In this document: positions 1 to 10,377 of the stretch, one piece after another | How positions within the stretch are numbered: the first letter of the stretch is position 1 | How the letters are laid out: each line of letters starts with the position of its first letter | Source of the DNA: Gammaproteobacteria bacterium | GTDB lineage: Bacteria; Pseudomonadota; Gammaproteobacteria; Eutrophobiales; Eutrophobiaceae | DNA length: 64,000 bases | Assembly (NCBI GenBank): GCA_965250225.1 | Contig: CBDFNQ010000028.1 | Location: 12,438-76,437, forward strand | Direction: 5' to 3' | Notes under the pieces: model-generated | Database searches by the model: none | Told to the model about the DNA's origin: nothing | Seen by the model: the letters and a program-made list of their open reading frames with translations, nothing else | Translations under genes and position numbers: made by a program

Positions 1-194
1 AGAGACACTATGTGTACCGTGAATTCTTTCGAGTGGATTTATCTGATGAGGATATTCACACGATCAACCATGCCTTCTATTACAATTACCCCTTGGGCAA
101 TGAGCGTTTCAAGGAATCGATTGAGATAACATTACAAAGGCAGATAGGTTTCGATAAACGTGGAAGACCAAAGGCATCAACTGGTCAAAATTAA
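1..194 (+). CDS. REP-associated tyrosine transposase-like (RayT / COG1943 Y1 family), C-terminal part. The frame is open to the window edge, so the gene is cut by the window.
   Basis: The frame stays open from nt 3 (RHYVYREFF...). The tail ...YNYPLGNERFKESIE...GFDKRGRPK resembles the C-terminus of COG1943 transposases. N-terminal fragments of the same family lie at 41163 and ~45100. Confidence 0.5.
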   Translation, partial: RHYVYREFFRVDLSDEDIHTINHAFYYNYPLGNERFKESIEITLQRQIGFDKRGRPKASTGQN

Positions 195-258
195 ATCACT
201 CCGGCACCTTTATACCGTCAACTGGTCAAAATTAAATCACTCCGGCACCTTTATACCG
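177..258. repeat. Perfect 41-bp tandem duplication (2 copies) that includes the last 18 nt of the transposase ORF
   Basis: tcaactggtcaaaattaaatcactccggcacctttataccg occurs at 177-217 and again at 218-258. Confidence 0.9.
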
Positions 259-457
259 CCTTTATTAACCAAGCATAATAGCCACTCCGTGATACGGTCA
301 ATACCCGTGCCATAGCCGACACTGCGAATTCGTAGAGGGTGTCTGGGAGCAGCAGACGCAGCTTGTAGCTCGGTATGATTTTAATCATCGCTCCGATCTA
401 AACAATTATGGGATATTTCCTAAACGAGGACTCATCCCAAAGTCCGAATTACTAGAG

Positions 458-682
458 ATGTACGTGCAACTTACAAAAACTCCTTTTGGTGGTTTTTACA
501 GTGGATCTTCATGGAACGAACATTTAGCTGATTATATAACTTATTACCACATTGAAAAGATGCTAAACGGAACAGTGACAGTTGAATTACTTCGTTCAGG
601 GAATGTAATTGATCGCTACGAGCCTGTCAAAACGACTGCGGCCCGACAGATAGCAAATACTATTCAGGTATTCTATGATTAA
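458..682 (+). CDS. Hypothetical protein (74 aa)
   Basis: ORF only. No motif recognised. Confidence 0.25.
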   Translation: MYVQLTKTPFGGFYSGSSWNEHLADYITYYHIEKMLNGTVTVELLRSGNVIDRYEPVKTTAARQIANTIQVFYD

Positions 683-724
683 GTACCCGCATAACAATAC
701 TTGCAACGCTGGCAATTTTAAGCG

Positions 725-1374
725 TTGCCTGATATACAACAACACTTTAAATCGCAGGTTCACTCTGCGATATACCGCATGAAACAAAGACCCGATGCGA
801 AGTCGTTTGGGAGTTATGACGATCTCTCCGCCCACTATGCGCGCGGGAAAGATTACGAGGTTGCGATCGAAACGCGCCCCGATTCTCCAATAGTGGTAAT
901 TGCACCGCATGCGGGAATGATCGAGAATGGCACATCTGAGATTGCACGTGCTATTGTGGAAAATGATTTTAATATCTACCTTTTTGAGGGGGTGGTGAAA
1001 AGCGGAAATTACCGCGCTCTTCATCTCACAAGTCACTATTTCAACGAACCAGATTGCGTCGAGTTCGTTCTTGTCAAACGGTCGTTGTAGTTCATGGTTG
1101 TCGTGGGCGCGCGAAGGAAATTCTTCTTGGTGGTAGGGATTTAGAACTTAAGGAAAAATTCTTCGAGTCATTCACTCGGCATGGAATTGCAGCACGGAAA
1201 GAAGGCCACAATTTTCCCGCGTTTCGGTCAGACAACATTTGCAATCGTGGGGCAGGTGAAAAAGGAGTTCAGTTTGAGTTTACGACGGCGCTTAGAGGCT
1301 CCGAGGCTGAGGGTCCGGTGGTCAAAGCTATCCGAGAAACTCTACTGGCAATTGCAAATCCACCGCTGAGCTAA
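725..1374 (+). pseudogene. Poly-gamma-glutamate hydrolase-like / DUF867 (phage-related YjqB-like) gene, frameshifted
   Basis: ORFs 725-1090 and 1054-1374 are in different frames. Together they give one family-length protein: IAPHAGMIENGTSEIA...LHLTSHYFNEPD // VVVVHGCRG...ILLGGRD...NICNRGAGEKGVQFEF. The frame switch must lie at about 1060-1088. Confidence 0.7.
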
Positions 1375-1378
1375 ATCA

Positions 1379-2308
1379 TTATTTCAGGCTCTTCACTTCA
1401 AAACCCTCATCATCAAACAACTTTAACAAACCATTTTCACCGGGCAGGTGTAAAGCACCGATGGCGACAAAGGTTTTACCTTTTTTAAAATAAGGCAGTA
1501 TCCGTTCAAGTATTTTATTATTCCGGTCATAGACCATGGTTTGCATATATCTTTCGAATAATGCTTCATCCTGGTGAGGCTGATCATTAAATTTAACAAT
1601 TCCGAGCATGTCATCGTGCATGTGCATGTCGACTAAATTTTTCGTCTCGGCAATAATTTTTTGGCGGTTACAGATGGTATCGGCCAGAATGATCAATTGA
1701 TCGAACAGTGGTATGCTGGAAAAAGAATCGATCAGTTCTTCCATGGTTTCGATCCCGATAATGTCTAAATTACGGGAGCTGGCAAAATTCATTAACACCT
1801 GATCCAGTGTCAGGGCTCGTACTAGTTTTGGTGCACCAATCGTACTGAACGCTGCCCAGGGTTTGATGCGCTTTGCATCTTCTTTTTGATAGCCATAATC
1901 GGTTAATTGATATCCAAGCAAATTGATCAACTCTGGATCAAGTTGTCCTTCCAGTGAGTCACCATTTTCATAAAACATGGCATTTTGAAAAACAGCATTG
2001 CTTTCCTGGTTAACTATGATCTCCATCAAATAAAAACGGCTCTGGAGAATGGCAAGCCGGACTTGAGGTGGAAAACGTGTCGCCAGTTGTTCTTGTGTGT
2101 GGATTGAGCCGTAAATAGTATTTGTCATGCCATCCTTCGACACTTTCCAGATTAAACCATCAGCATAGGGATAATTTTGATAATTTTTATCGAGAGGAGC
2201 CTGTTCCTGTCTGTAGGGTGTGCATTGTTCTTGCAATTCGGCTTCGCCTGCGATGAGTGCAGTGGGAATAAAGAACAGACAGGCTAGTAGAAAATAGTTA
2301 TTATTCAT
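1379..2308 (-). CDS. TraB/GumN family protein, secreted
   Basis: N-terminal signal peptide. GSIH motif near the N-terminus and FVAIGALHLPGENGLL near the C-terminus are typical of TraB/GumN. Confidence 0.7.
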   Translation of the reverse strand: MNNNYFLLACLFFIPTALIAGEAELQEQCTPYRQEQAPLDKNYQNYPYADGLIWKVSKDGMTNTIYGSIHTQEQLATRFPPQVRLAILQSRFYLMEIIVNQESNAVFQNAMFYENGDSLEGQLDPELINLLGYQLTDYGYQKEDAKRIKPWAAFSTIGAPKLVRALTLDQVLMNFASSRNLDIIGIETMEELIDSFSSIPLFDQLIILADTICNRQKIIAETKNLVDMHMHDDMLGIVKFNDQPHQDEALFERYMQTMVYDRNNKILERILPYFKKGKTFVAIGALHLPGENGLLKLFDDEGFEVKSLK

Positions 2309-2373
2309 ACATATATACTATATTGCTGGAAGCAGAATAAAAAGAAATCGGCTTCATTTTTTACCTTAATCTA

Positions 2374-3879
2374 ATGAATACTTCTGACAAATCGTACTCT
2401 TTAATGTTCCTGTCTTTTATAGGCCGCGCTATTTTTATCTGTGCGTTTTTATCCACGCTACAAGGCTGTTCCATGCACCAATACAAAGAAGAGCCCGTAG
2501 ATACGGATGCTTTATTAACTACCATTAGTTCCTGGACAATTGATAATCCAGAATTAAACCGCTTTCTTCTGGACAATGGGTTAACCAATGAGGCAGTAAA
2601 CAGCCGGATATTTTCCATCGAACGTTTGTATCTCACCGGTTTGTTTTATGACCCGGAAATGCAAGTCGCCTATAAAAAATGGCGAAAGACAAGAGTTGTT
2701 AGCGAGCATACTGATTACAGAATAAACCCAGAGTTGTCCATACCGTTTGAGCATCACAGTGATACATCTGGTGGCCAATCGGAATGGACCATAGGTGCAG
2801 TGCTAAGTTTTATTTATGAGCGCAAGGGTAAGCGAGAAGCAAGGCAGGCTGATGCAGAGGTTGATTTACTCAATGCACGGCTGGCATTAATACAACGGGC
2901 GCATACTCAATATGATAATTTTGTTGAACACTATCATAAATACATAATTAGTCAGACCAAATTAACCGAAATCAAAAATGAGATTGAAGTACTTGAGGAA
3001 CTACTTGCCCAGTTGCAGAATCAATATGAATTGGGAGAGGTGAGTCAGTTTGAGATCAGTACGATAAAACTGGAGTTACAACAGCGTGCATTTGAATCAA
3101 GCTTGCAAGAGAATCGGTTACAAGGTCAGAAAGACAGTATGCTTGCCATAACTCATGTCGATCATACGAATTATGGGAGAATGGAGATAGAATATATTCA
3201 TCCACTGGGTTATACGCGAGAGCTGTATCAGAATAGCAGCTTGATAAATGAGGATATCGCATCGTTACAATCTGAATTACTGGACACACATTTATCTTTG
3301 GCTCGACAATTAAATAATTATGCACAGGCCGAAGCAAGATTAAGACTGGAAATTGAAAAACAATATCCGGACATCGTGCTTTCTCCCGGCTTTATATTTG
3401 ATCAGTCCGATAATATCTGGACATTGGGCGCTGCATGGATATTACCTTTGTTTTCGAATTCGAAACAGAATCTAGAAATACTCAAGGCGCTTGAAGAACG
3501 CAGGATCAAACAACAGGAAATTTTGGCCTTACAAAAAAAATTATTGAATCTGCTCTTTCAACGATACCAGTCGGTTAATCGACAAGCTCGGACGATTACG
3601 GTTAGTGATGAGATTGTATCGACAGTGGGACAACAGGCAGATTCCTTACAAAAACAGATTGAACTTGGCGGTATAGACAGGCTTGCTTTGCTGAGAAATC
3701 GTATCGAATTCTATAAGGCCAGACAAGCACAGATAGAAATCTATTATGAAGCGATGAATGCAATGCAGGAATTCGAGCACATGGTGCATAATGACCACGC
3801 CAAGTTAAACATAAGGCAAGCAGTTACATCCTGGATGGCAACTATAAAAGAAAAGAATGCTCATGAACCTGTTTATTAA
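2374..3879 (+). CDS. Efflux outer-membrane factor lipoprotein (TolC/NodT/CzcC-like)
   Basis: Lipobox LSTLQGC. About 500 aa with two long helical repeat halves. First gene of an OMF-MFP-RND triad. Confidence 0.7.
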   Translation: MNTSDKSYSLMFLSFIGRAIFICAFLSTLQGCSMHQYKEEPVDTDALLTTISSWTIDNPELNRFLLDNGLTNEAVNSRIFSIERLYLTGLFYDPEMQVAYKKWRKTRVVSEHTDYRINPELSIPFEHHSDTSGGQSEWTIGAVLSFIYERKGKREARQADAEVDLLNARLALIQRAHTQYDNFVEHYHKYIISQTKLTEIKNEIEVLEELLAQLQNQYELGEVSQFEISTIKLELQQRAFESSLQENRLQGQKDSMLAITHVDHTNYGRMEIEYIHPLGYTRELYQNSSLINEDIASLQSELLDTHLSLARQLNNYAQAEARLRLEIEKQYPDIVLSPGFIFDQSDNIWTLGAAWILPLFSNSKQNLEILKALEERRIKQQEILALQKKLLNLLFQRYQSVNRQARTITVSDEIVSTVGQQADSLQKQIELGGIDRLALLRNRIEFYKARQAQIEIYYEAMNAMQEFEHMVHNDHAKLNIRQAVTSWMATIKEKNAHEPVY

Positions 3880-4939
3880 AATTTTATTATTTTTAATTGT
3901 CGTTCTATTGGTGCTGTTTCTGATCGAGCGAACAACTAGTTTGGATCTTGGCCTACTAAATGAACAAGTGAGTCCAGGTCATGAAGAAAGAGACAATGAC
4001 GGTGGCGACCAGGATAAGGTTCGTATAATTGATGGTTATAAAGCGGTTGAGCTTGATGGCGATGTAGTTGAAGCAGCAGGTATCAAATATGAAAAATTAA
4101 CCGCCGTAACATTCAAACCAGAATTTCCAGCTTATGCTGAAGCCATTGACATAGCGCCGTTGGTTTTGCTGAAAACGAAATACAACAATTTACTGGCTGA
4201 GAAAAATATTCTGCAAAACAATTTGCACAGCCTCAATCAGATATACAAACGTGCAGAGGCCTTACACAAGAATAAAAGTCTTTCTACCCGTGAACTGGAA
4301 CAAAACCGTGCTGATCGAGATCTCAAATCATCTGAATTAAGTGCGCTGACTACCCGCATGGAGAATCTTGCTTACGAAATAAAATCAAACTGGGGTAATG
4401 AAATCAGCGGTCTTGTTCTGACGAGTGACAAACAGGAAACGTTTACTCAACTGGCAACGCACCAGGCATCATTAATATTAATATCACTTTTAAAAGATCA
4501 ATCCTTGAGTAGTGAACAACAAACTGTATTCGTTAGTAGTAACAATCAACACGATTCAGCTTTAGTGGCTACTTATCTGGATCGGGCAAACCAGATCAGT
4601 AATCCTTTGTACGGCGAAAGTTATATATATGTTGTGGAGTCAAAAAAATTCAGGCCCGGTGTGCGCTTGTTTGCCTGGATAGAAGAAGAGGGCGAGAATT
4701 TGTCTGGTCTGGTGATCCCTGACAGTGCAATTATCTGGTATGCCAGTGAACCCTGGATATATATAAAACTAGAAGATGATTTATTTGTGCGCAAGCCTGT
4801 TGGTAAAGCAAGAAAACTTTCTGATGGTTGGTTGATAGACGAAACTTTATTTCATAATGTGCAGGTTGTCACCCAAGGTGGACAAACATTATTGTCAGAG
4901 GAATTTAAGTGGGCTATACCTGATGAAGAAGACGACTAA
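3857..4939 (+). CDS. Efflux periplasmic adaptor (membrane fusion protein)
   Basis: N-terminal TM helix and a long coiled-coil segment. Lies between the OMF and the RND pump. 23-nt overlap with the upstream gene. Confidence 0.55.
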   Translation: MLMNLFIKILLFLIVVLLVLFLIERTTSLDLGLLNEQVSPGHEERDNDGGDQDKVRIIDGYKAVELDGDVVEAAGIKYEKLTAVTFKPEFPAYAEAIDIAPLVLLKTKYNNLLAEKNILQNNLHSLNQIYKRAEALHKNKSLSTRELEQNRADRDLKSSELSALTTRMENLAYEIKSNWGNEISGLVLTSDKQETFTQLATHQASLILISLLKDQSLSSEQQTVFVSSNNQHDSALVATYLDRANQISNPLYGESYIYVVESKKFRPGVRLFAWIEEEGENLSGLVIPDSAIIWYASEPWIYIKLEDDLFVRKPVGKARKLSDGWLIDETLFHNVQVVTQGGQTLLSEEFKWAIPDEEDD

Positions 4940-5202
4940 CTGAGCATGTCGCACGCATGTTATTTTTTCCTCATACTTCGTTAAAAATGTGCTCGTATTG
5001 TCATTTATTAATTATAAACTCCTCACCTGCGCGCATTTTTACCTCGTCTTATGTACAGGACGTACGGTATTCCGATTTTGCAGGACGACTATATGGATGT
5101 AGTCGGTTGATAATGTCTGGAACAGATTGTCTAGCAAAAATCGGTGAGAAAAAGATTCCAATCCGTGCAACCCACTCAGACTATTTTCGGGTTTATTAAA
5201 TT

Positions 5203-8200
5203 ATGCTTTCAACACTGGTACGTTTTTCCATTAATTACCGTGGTGTGGTGATTACTTGTGCAATACTACTCATGTTTTATAGTGTCTATCGTTTGTCCCG
5301 TGCTGGTCTCGATATCTTTCCTGAATTTTCTCCTAATTTAATCGTTGTGCAAACAGAAGCGCCTGGATATTCAACTGATCAGGTTGAGATACTGGTAACA
5401 CGTCCGATTGAAACGGCATTATCAGGCATGATTGGTATTGACCATGTGCGTTCCGAATCTATTCAGGGTCTATCCATCGTTAATATCTATTTTGAAGAAG
5501 ACACAGACATCTATCGTAATCGGCAACTTGTTTCAGAACGTCTAACGGGTTTATCTGGCTTATTACCAGAAGGCGTCGGACCTGCTGTTCCAGTACCCAT
5601 GGCATCTTCTTCGGCAACTATTCTTACCATGGGCGTAACTTCTAACAGTAAGGATTTGATGGAGTTACGAAGCATTGTTGATTGGAACCTGGTGCCAACT
5701 ATATTGAGCGTACCTGGTGTGGCAGACGTCAACGTGTTTGGTGGTGAGGTAAAACAATTACAAATTCAGATCGATGAAAAAAAACTTGAACAATACAGCC
5801 TTGGCATCAATGAAATTACTGAGGCGGCAAAACAGGCGACCGGAATTTACGGAGCTGGATTCATTGAAAACATCAATCAACGATTAACCCTTAGCTTGAC
5901 TGATTTACCTGAAGATATAAATGAATTGAAAAGGGTTGTTGTCAAACATATCGATGGCGTCAGTATAACATTGGGTGATGTTGCTACGATTGAATATGGT
6001 GCTAAACCTGCGTTTGGTAAAGCGGCGATCCTTGGTGAAGAAGGGGTGGTGTTGATGGTGATTGGTCAATATGGCGCCAATACTCTGAATGTTTCTAATG
6101 CCGTTGAAGAAGCGATTAATGGACTGGATAAAATTTTCGCTGCAAATGAGATCAAACTACATCCAACATTATTTCGGCCAGCTAATTATATAGAACGATC
6201 CGTGTCCAGCATTACCGGACATTTATTCATCGGTGGTCTGTTTGTTATCGCAGTGCTGGTAGTATTCCTGTTTAATTTCAGAACGGCGTTTATTTCGGTG
6301 ATGGCAATCCCCTTATCATTATTAACCGCTGTGTTAGTTTTGTTAGAAATGGGTATTAATCTGAATATTATGGTGATTGGAGGATTGGCGATTGCACTAG
6401 GTGAGGTGGTCGATGATGCAATCATTGATACCGAAAATATTTTCAGACGTTTACGACAAAATAAATTGTTACCAAAGCCTTTGCCGATGAAAGAAGTCGT
6501 CTATAACGCATCAATGGAAGTCAGAGGCTCTGTTGTTTATGCGAGTTTCATTGTGGCTCTGGTGTTTGTGCCATTATTGAATCTAACCGGTATTACTGGC
6601 CGCCTGTTTCAACCGCTGGGCACTGCTTACATATTATCTATTATGATGTCACTGCTGGTTGCGCTTACCGTCACACCAGCACTGTGCTACATACTTTTAG
6701 CCAAAAATAGATTAAGAAATATCGAACCGCCTATTATTAAATTGATACAACCTTACTATGGTAAGGCATTAACACTGATATCGCGTTCGCCCTATTTGGT
6801 ATTCACCGTTACCATTTTATTCTGTCTGGCAGGTCTGTCGGTGTTACCCAATGTTGGCGGTCAATTTATTCCAAATCTGAGAGAAGGCCATTACATAGCA
6901 CATACCTCGAGCATCTCTGGAACCTCATTGAAGGAATCAATACGTGTTGGTAATCAATTAACGAAAACATTTTTAGAAGTACCGGGTGTGGTTTCTGTTT
7001 CTTTCTGGTCTGGCAGGGCAGAACGTGGAGCCGATACCTTTGGTAGTCATTATAGCGAACATGAGATCGATCTTGAAAATACATTAAGTGGTGGTGAACA
7101 ACAGATTGTGCTGGATGAAATTCGTAAAACATTAAATGACTTTCCCGGTTTACGTTTTGAAGTACATAATTTTTTATCTGAACGTATACACGAAACCATC
7201 TCCGGGTATACCACACCGATTGTTGTCAATATATATGGCAAAGATCTCGATGCTATGGATAGAAAGGCAACGGAAGTGGCTGCGTTAATGAAAACCATTG
7301 AAGGTGCAAGTGGTGTTCAGGTGCAGTCATCATCAGCAACACCATTATTGCAAATCGCATTAAAACTGGAAAAATTAAAACAATACGGTCTTGCTCCACT
7401 AGAAATTGTTAATACGATTAAAACGTCGTTTGAAGGTTTGTCGGTAGCGAAAGTTCAGGAAGACAATCGTATCTTTGACGTGTCTGTTATCTTACCAGAG
7501 ATTAAACGTCAGACTCCGGAAGATGTGTTGCAACTACCGATTAAAACGCCTGGCGGCCTGATCCTGCCGTTAAAAGAATTTGCCGACATACGTCAACAGA
7601 GCGGTCGTTATAATATTTTGCATCAGGATGGGCAACGACTGCAGAGTATCACCAGTAATGTGGTTGGTCGTGACATTGTCGGATTTATGAATGAACTGGA
7701 AGAGACCGTATTGGCTAAAGTGCAATTCAGTGCAGAGCTTTATCCTGAGTTCACGGGTGCAGCGATTGAACAGGCAAAGGCAAAAGAGGAATTAATCATT
7801 CTTTCTTCTCTGGTTATGGCTGTCGTTTTAATGCTTATATACATTGCAACCGGAAGTTTTAGAAATGTGATGTTAATGCTTGTGAATTTACCGTTTGCAT
7901 TGGTCGGTGGTGTTATTGCTGTCTTGCTTACGGGTAGTAATTTATCAGTGGGTTCTCTGGTCGGTTTTGTCACACTCTTTGGAATCACGATACGCAATTC
8001 AATTATGCTGGTTTCCCATTATCAATATCTGGTGGAGGAGGAAGGTCTTCCATGGAATCTGGATGTAGCCATTCAGGGAGCGCAGGAACGCCTGCCTTCA
8101 ATATTGATGACTGCGTTAGTCACAGCATTAGCTATGTTACCAATCGCTATAGGTAGTGATAACCCAGGTCGTGAAATCATGGGGCCGATGGCAGCCATCA

Positions 8201-8295
8201 TTGTCGGTGGTCTAGCTTCTTCGACCATATTAAATCTGCTGATCATGCCTTCCATGATGTTAAATTTCGGTTTTTTTGCAGAAACCAATGACTAA
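5203..8295 (+). CDS. RND efflux transporter permease (1030 aa)
   Basis: 12-TM RND architecture. Motif GLAIALGEVVDDAIIDTENIFRRL. Two large periplasmic loops. Confidence 0.9.
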   Translation: MLSTLVRFSINYRGVVITCAILLMFYSVYRLSRAGLDIFPEFSPNLIVVQTEAPGYSTDQVEILVTRPIETALSGMIGIDHVRSESIQGLSIVNIYFEEDTDIYRNRQLVSERLTGLSGLLPEGVGPAVPVPMASSSATILTMGVTSNSKDLMELRSIVDWNLVPTILSVPGVADVNVFGGEVKQLQIQIDEKKLEQYSLGINEITEAAKQATGIYGAGFIENINQRLTLSLTDLPEDINELKRVVVKHIDGVSITLGDVATIEYGAKPAFGKAAILGEEGVVLMVIGQYGANTLNVSNAVEEAINGLDKIFAANEIKLHPTLFRPANYIERSVSSITGHLFIGGLFVIAVLVVFLFNFRTAFISVMAIPLSLLTAVLVLLEMGINLNIMVIGGLAIALGEVVDDAIIDTENIFRRLRQNKLLPKPLPMKEVVYNASMEVRGSVVYASFIVALVFVPLLNLTGITGRLFQPLGTAYILSIMMSLLVALTVTPALCYILLAKNRLRNIEPPIIKLIQPYYGKALTLISRSPYLVFTVTILFCLAGLSVLPNVGGQFIPNLREGHYIAHTSSISGTSLKESIRVGNQLTKTFLEVPGVVSVSFWSGRAERGADTFGSHYSEHEIDLENTLSGGEQQIVLDEIRKTLNDFPGLRFEVHNFLSERIHETISGYTTPIVVNIYGKDLDAMDRKATEVAALMKTIEGASGVQVQSSSATPLLQIALKLEKLKQYGLAPLEIVNTIKTSFEGLSVAKVQEDNRIFDVSVILPEIKRQTPEDVLQLPIKTPGGLILPLKEFADIRQQSGRYNILHQDGQRLQSITSNVVGRDIVGFMNELEETVLAKVQFSAELYPEFTGAAIEQAKAKEELIILSSLVMAVVLMLIYIATGSFRNVMLMLVNLPFALVGGVIAVLLTGSNLSVGSLVGFVTLFGITIRNSIMLVSHYQYLVEEEGLPWNLDVAIQGAQERLPSILMTALVTALAMLPIAIGSDNPGREIMGPMAAIIVGGLASSTILNLLIMPSMMLNFGFFAETND

Positions 8296-8560
8296 TTGAT
8301 GAATTTCCTGTTAGAAATAATCATTATTCCATTGAAAAATGACCGTTTTTCAATGCTCTAAAATTAGTGCTACAGAAAATGTCAATTTCATCACATTTCG
8401 TGCAAATTGATTAAAAAAGTCATAAAATACCCTACAAGTGACGGCACAAGTCACAACTTGATTTAGAGGGCATATCAAAAGACCCTGCACCTGCTTTTAG
8501 GTATATTTTTTTATTATCAATAGAAATATCGGGCGCTGATTTATCGTTCATGGAGACGAT

Positions 8561-10324
8561 ATGAGCACAGCAACAGCTTTTGATAAGACCTTTTCTGAAT
8601 TTGAGTTTCACCCGGTTATTGATGCCCCGTGTGAGACCAGCCATCATCGCCTGGATGATATTGTTTTAAGATTGGGGCGTGGAAAAAAACTGTTTGCCGG
8701 TCTTTCAATTGATGAACGTCTTCAGTTAATAGATTCATTTCAGAAAGGTTATCTTAACGTTGCAAAACGCAGCGTGCAGGCAAGCTGTGCCGCAAAAGGC
8801 ATCGAGTTTGGCACCCCTACAGAAGGGGAAGAATGGGCTTCAGGGCCTTTATGTGTGATCCGACACTTACGCCTATTAAAAGAGTCGCTTGAACAAATCA
8901 AGAAGACCGGCACTACCACAATCAACAAGCCAGTACATCTGACAACCCAACAACTCAGTATTCCTGTCTTCCCAAATAGTTTGGTCGATAGCTGCCTGTT
9001 TAAAGATGTAAATGTCGAGATGCGATTGCAAAAACACGTCACTAAAGCCGATCTTGAAGAAAATCGCGCCTCTTTTTATCGAAAGAAAAATCATGGTGGC
9101 AAACTGGTTCTTATTCTAGGGGCAGGTAATCTGGCATCCATTCCAATCATGGATGTTTTGACCAAGATGTTTAATGAGGGTAAGAGCTGTATTCTCAAAA
9201 TGAATCCGGTCAACGCCTACCTCGGGATGTTCATTGAAGAGGCATTCAGAGAAGCGATTGAAAAAGATTTCCTTGCCGTTGTGTATGGCAGAGTAGAAGA
9301 AGCCAAATATTTATTAAAGCATAAAGAAGTTGACGAAGTTCATATCACAGGTTCAAACAAAACACATGATTATATATTCTGGGGCCCTCCAGGCCCGGAA
9401 CGCGCTGAGCGAATGGCACGCAATAACCCTGTTATTAATAAGGAGAGTACGTCAGCATTGGGTAATGTCTCGCCGGTTATTATCTATCCGGGCGAATACA
9501 CACAACAGGAACTGGAATATCAGGCAGAAGACATTGCTGGCGCTTTAGGTTTTAATTCTGGATTTATGTGCTCGGTTCCGGTGTCTTTGGTTACCTGGAA
9601 TAACTGGCCACAGCGTGATTTATTTCTAAATTTACTTGAACAAAAAATACAGAAGCTTGAAAAACGGCGCGCATACTATCCTGGTGCTTATGAGCGTTGG
9701 GAAACTGCTAATACAAGCGGTATGAGTTTTAAGTTATTGGGTGAAACAAAAAATCATACTACCCCCTGGATTTTTGCCAGAGGCCTGAAAGAAAATAATC
9801 ATGATATGCAACTGTTCAAACAAGAACCATTTTGCTCTGTATTGGCGGAAACCGTGATCGATGCTGAAAACACTGCAGATTATCTTGAAAAGGCTGTGAA
9901 TTTTGTCAACGAGAAACTTTGGGGCACCTTAACAGCAAGTTTGATTATCGATCCTAGATCAGAAACAAAATCAGCTATTGCAACACAGCTTGAAAAAGCG
10001 ATTAATGAACTGGAATACGGAACAATCGCCATTAACTCTTCTTTTACTGCACTCAGTTTTATGACCGCGACAGCAGCGTGGGGCGCCTATCCAGGTTCTG
10101 TTCTCAGCAATATTCAAAGTGGTAATGGTTGGCTGCACAATACGACCATGATTGAGGATGTCGAAAAGATGGTCGCGCGGTTTCCTATCAAAAGCTCACG
10201 TAAACCATTTTACTTTCCGAGTCACAAGAAAAAATTACAGCTGGTACAAAAGTTGATTGATCATGAAATTAATCAAAAATGGAATAAAGTGCCATTGATT
10301 TTATTGGATATGGTGTTTGCTTAA
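8561..10324 (+). CDS. Aldehyde dehydrogenase superfamily protein (long, 587 aa form)
   Basis: LGAGNLASIP (NAD-binding-like), ALGNVSPVII, GFNSGFMCSVP (candidate catalytic Cys) and QEPFCSVL (EExFGPV-like). Confidence 0.5.
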   Translation: MSTATAFDKTFSEFEFHPVIDAPCETSHHRLDDIVLRLGRGKKLFAGLSIDERLQLIDSFQKGYLNVAKRSVQASCAAKGIEFGTPTEGEEWASGPLCVIRHLRLLKESLEQIKKTGTTTINKPVHLTTQQLSIPVFPNSLVDSCLFKDVNVEMRLQKHVTKADLEENRASFYRKKNHGGKLVLILGAGNLASIPIMDVLTKMFNEGKSCILKMNPVNAYLGMFIEEAFREAIEKDFLAVVYGRVEEAKYLLKHKEVDEVHITGSNKTHDYIFWGPPGPERAERMARNNPVINKESTSALGNVSPVIIYPGEYTQQELEYQAEDIAGALGFNSGFMCSVPVSLVTWNNWPQRDLFLNLLEQKIQKLEKRRAYYPGAYERWETANTSGMSFKLLGETKNHTTPWIFARGLKENNHDMQLFKQEPFCSVLAETVIDAENTADYLEKAVNFVNEKLWGTLTASLIIDPRSETKSAIATQLEKAINELEYGTIAINSSFTALSFMTATAAWGAYPGSVLSNIQSGNGWLHNTTMIEDVEKMVARFPIKSSRKPFYFPSHKKKLQLVQKLIDHEINQKWNKVPLILLDMVFA

Positions 10325-10377
10325 TTATTAAAGATATTGCTATTTTATAGTTACTGTAATGACGTTATAGTAACTCT

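Noticed and set aside
596-1036. 146-aa minus-strand ORF across the DUF867 region.
   Set aside because: It is antisense to a gene with strong family motifs, and its translation has no recognisable features.
4957-5199. 80-aa ORF in the RND operon gap.
   Set aside because: It has no RBS, odd composition and no family resemblance. It is kept only as a note under the gap finding.
8330-8357. Hairpin cattgaaaaa-tgaccg-tttttcaatg considered as the terminator after the RND pump gene.
   Set aside because: The stem is purely A/T-rich with no trailing U run, so it is too weak to annotate as a terminator.
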